Positions 60,599-64,000 of a DNA stretch of 64,000 nt are shown here, one piece after another; the stretch's first letter is position 1, and every line of letters starts with the position of its first letter. The translations under genes were made by a program, and so were the position numbers. The stretch is taken from positions 744,001-808,000 of the forward strand of contig AP026134.1 of assembly GCA_030295235.1 (NCBI GenBank). The letters run 5' to 3'. Source of the stretch: Fistulifera solaris (lineage: Eukaryota). The notes under the pieces were generated by a model. It worked only from the letters and a program-made list of their open reading frames with translations, made no database searches and was not told the DNA's origin.

Positions 60599-62176
60599 AT
60601 GATTCCTTTGGACGATTTCCTCCTGATTCATCTGCAAGTCTATGTATTTCTGCCTGCAGCCATGCTAGTGTTGATTCTCGTAACTTATGATGTGATCTCT
60701 CTTCACTCATGTCACAAAAGGCAATCTCGAGGTGGAGTTTATTGGCTTTGCACCAAGCCACTCGACTTCTTTGATCAGTTGGCAGTAATAGACCTGACTT
60801 CAATGAAAGAAAATAATACTGAGTGGCGCTGTCTATGGTATCGTGTCCTCATCGCTCATGCGAAAGCCAATTTTCCACAAGGACGAAATGTGGCGAACAA
60901 TCAACGAGGAGTCGAATGGCGACGAATAAATGACGCAATATACTGTGGAAACTTTAATAATCCTATTCTAGAACTGAATCAACTGCTTTGGACGATCGCC
61001 AAATGCTGCTTGATCAGGTTACAAGAAACGCCACTATTCTTACATGAAGATTACCCCCAGCCGCGATGCGTTCTACATGCCTTTTTATTACATTGTACCC
61101 CTTTGCTACTGAAAATTGATCAGCAATTAGAACCCTTTCTGTGCCAGCGACTGGAATCCTTATTAATTCTTCTCGGTATTGCACAAATCAATTCTACGGG
61201 GCGTTACTCGGTGCGAAGGCTTCTTAAACAAAACGCTTTGCCTCACGATATCGATTACTCGACATCAAGGTCGTGGAGATTCAACTTCTGGACATTCCTT
61301 ATAACAAATCACCGTCAACAACTCACTCCCATGCTCTTTCCATCTATCGCTACACACCTGTTGATGCACCCTTCGTTGCCAATGGAGTTGTTGTCGAATA
61401 ATGACGTGGTGGCTTCGTACATCAGAGAAAGCAAAACTCTGCTCGAAGCTACTCGACAGTTTGTAAGAGACCTGTTTGACGCCTTGGCTTTAGTAGACGC
61501 ACCAAACAAAGCATTATTTAGCTTGAAGAAAATTGAATCGGCAATTTTGGCATCGTTTGGTGAGATTCCCACTTTGTGCGACGAGAATAATGCTTATCAT
61601 TGCAAATCAATTGGCAGTAACCGGCAGCTGCCCCGCCACTTCGATTTCATTGAGACACAAGAACTCCTTGCTTCCGCATATCTTTGTCTTGGAGCCCATG
61701 AGAAAGGATTACAATGCATCAAGGTTGTTTGTGAACTGCTAAACGAGTCCTTGTCGAAAGCATTACAAGAAATTTCGTATTCACTTCGCTCTATGGCACT
61801 TGTAGCATGGGCTCGCAACAATATCGGAAAGAATGGCCATGACTCTGAAAAGCCTGACACTGTGAGACTGATAGGAGAAGAGCTTTTCTCTCTCCACTTG
61901 GTACTGAAAATGAGCCCGACGAAAGGAAAACTACTTGAAGCTGCAGCGCCTCTGTCTGGTGCCTTAGCTAGATGGCAAAGACAATTTGCCGAATATAGCG
62001 AACCTCCTTGTTGGACAAAATGCAGAAATGAAATCATGTCCCTCATCCGCGTTTCTCGCATCGGACTTGACGCCTTCGACTCACTTTCAAAGCATTTCTT
62101 CGCCGACTCTGTAATCCAGCGTACGCATTCAGATTACGCCGGGATTCACTCTACTTTATCCGATGCATTCCTCTGA
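60599..62176 (+). CDS. helical hypothetical protein; true start uncertain
   Basis: 525-aa Leu-rich ORF; no family recognised. Confidence 0.55.
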   Translation: MIPLDDFLLIHLQVYVFLPAAMLVLILVTYDVISLHSCHKRQSRGGVYWLCTKPLDFFDQLAVIDLTSMKENNTEWRCLWYRVLIAHAKANFPQGRNVANNQRGVEWRRINDAIYCGNFNNPILELNQLLWTIAKCCLIRLQETPLFLHEDYPQPRCVLHAFLLHCTPLLLKIDQQLEPFLCQRLESLLILLGIAQINSTGRYSVRRLLKQNALPHDIDYSTSRSWRFNFWTFLITNHRQQLTPMLFPSIATHLLMHPSLPMELLSNNDVVASYIRESKTLLEATRQFVRDLFDALALVDAPNKALFSLKKIESAILASFGEIPTLCDENNAYHCKSIGSNRQLPRHFDFIETQELLASAYLCLGAHEKGLQCIKVVCELLNESLSKALQEISYSLRSMALVAWARNNIGKNGHDSEKPDTVRLIGEELFSLHLVLKMSPTKGKLLEAAAPLSGALARWQRQFAEYSEPPCWTKCRNEIMSLIRVSRIGLDAFDSLSKHFFADSVIQRTHSDYAGIHSTLSDAFL

Positions 62177-62204
62177 AAAGCTACCAGTGTTTAATATCAC
62201 ACTT

Positions 62205-64000
62205 TCATGTATGTTGTGGTGCACGAACGGCTATTCGAACTTGAGGGTGGGCAAGGGCAAATGCTCGAAGTTTTTGCATATCTAGTCGAGTCTCCCAGCT
62301 GCATGATATCAAAGACTTGCCATTGAGCAAACCAGCATCAAACATCTCCGTAAATAGATATTCATCGCTTATTTTGTCTAATCGGAGACTGGAATCAGTT
62401 TTGCGCTCGCTGTGCTTAAAATCGTCTTTATCTTCGCCTTCGACAATCGTGTTCCTCCCTATTGCTGCATTAGCAGTTGTTACCAATAAATACTCTTCGA
62501 GTTGAACCAAAACATTATTGGCGCACAGCCATACTACCATCTCAAAAAGAAGATCTTCGACAGGGTTTAGGTCGTTGGTTCCGGTGTCTTTTCGAAATAT
62601 GTACGTGCTTCTTTTATTCACCATCGTGAGTGCGCTCGCCTCTAGCTTTTCTCGAATCCAAGTGTCATCAGGTGATGTTCTCCAGGCAGTCATGGCACTG
62701 CCGAAAGTCCGGTTATTCCTCGTTAAATAAGCAAGAAGATGATGCACTTGTATATTATCACCGAATTTCTGGGCGAATCCGAGCGATATTTTAGGGAGAA
62801 TTCTGACAGGTCGGCAAACTAATCGACTACTCGGCAAAGAACGCTTGATGCTACGCAAGCTCCCTGCTCGATCAGATAATTAGCCAAGTCCAGTGTCAAT
62901 TGTAGTGGGATATTTGCTTCTACTGCAGCGTCCGTCAAAGATTTCTGAGGATGAATAACTTGAAGAAGGAGGTGAAGGGTTCGAGGCGGGCCCGATGATG
63001 ACAAGGAGAGAGCCTCAAGAAGTTCCTCAGCAGATGCATGTGGGAATAAAATCGTGTGATACGGCAGTACGTTTGACCTGGAATCCAAATTCTTTGGTCC
63101 ATGTGTCACATCAAGTGACGATACGGCTTCAATGAAAGTCGCCAAATGCCGATTAATAAAAACAATTCCCCTTCGGCCTGAAATCAATGCGGCCGGAGTA
63201 GCGGGAAAACTAATGTCATTTCTGCCGAGCGCATGGAACACTTGGACCAGCTCACGCGCAAGGTTTCCGTGATAATATTGTTTTGTCGTGTTATCGTCCG
63301 TGTCGCTAGCTGCACGCGTATATGTGTCAGCCATGATGATGTCAAGATATTCTTGTTGAAATTCTTCGGAATTTTGAAAAGCCGAGTTCCCACCTGTCCC
63401 CGACCCTTCGCTAGACATGTTCGTAGAACGTTCAATGTAGGAAGATGACCGGTGACGACGGTGACCTTTTGATGCAACTGAAACTGGGCTGTTTGTAGTG
63501 GACGAAGCGCCAGAGACGGCAGCCCCCACATCTTCACTAGATGGGCGAGCCCTGAGCCACTTGCTCTTCAAATCCTGTCGTGTTAGATGAAACTGATGTG
63601 TTTGCGACGAGACGTACTTACAGCGCCGCTCTTCGCGTTCGAGGACACGGCAGAGGCGTGCCAACGACAAATGAACTCTGCGAACAGATAAAATTGATTG
63701 TGAAGTACTACGGCTGTTCCCCGTTCCAATGTTATGTGTTGCGGAATGCGCCCCGGTAGATTGTGTAAGACTATCTTCGTACCAGCCAGTAGTAGGAACG
63801 CTAGAACTCGGTCGTTTCGGAGCCAAAGCAACGATAACGCTGAAGAGAATGAGATCATTGTTGGATGATGCTGCAGGCGAAGAGAACTCATTCGCTTGAC
63901 CCTTTTCCGTCTGTGTAGTTCCGTTTTCTTGAGAGCTCTCATCCATTAGCGTAGCAAAACAGCAAAAGAAAGTACTTCCGACAGAGAGGGTCATTGGTTT
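62205..64000 (-). CDS. NPRL3: GATOR1 subunit NPRL3/Npr3, 5' end outside the window
   Basis: LEREERRCKYVS, LPYHTILF, KSLTDAAVEANIPL..LANYLI and MVVWLCANNVLVQLEEY resemble NPRL3 blocks; indel at ~62830. Confidence 0.75.

Overview
This is a gene-dense eukaryotic window with short GT-AG introns. Several proteins carry a signal peptide plus an ASAF-like bipartite presequence, and a CoDi-like copia element is present, so it is most consistent with a (probably pennate) diatom nuclear chromosome; the taxon is an inference. The window holds the 5' part of a Ty1/copia retrotransposon (1-5.7 kb, minus strand) and about 27 protein genes, including GME, a PPR protein, KRR1, SEC63, an OM47-like beta-barrel, hemF, two glycosyltransferase-like genes, two tandem ferric reductases, HID1, cysteine synthase, ALG3, an atypical CDK, rhodanese, RAD54-like, ABA4-like, MerC-like, AsaB-like and NPRL3. 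It also carries a large divergent hAT-like DDE transposase, a ~1 kb palindromic satellite and two copies of a TA-flanked MITE family. Single-base indels break even essential genes, so frameshifts are treated as sequencing or assembly errors and many gene boundaries are approximate. The most interesting signals are: the satellite and its sequence link to a MITE's internal repeats, the unclassified ~1100-aa transposase, a sharp 662-bp near-identical tract plus a shared promoter motif in the ferric reductase pair, a candidate recoding hairpin at the copia gag-pol junction, and a tandem WH2-like repeat protein. All family calls are from motif recognition only; no searches were run.
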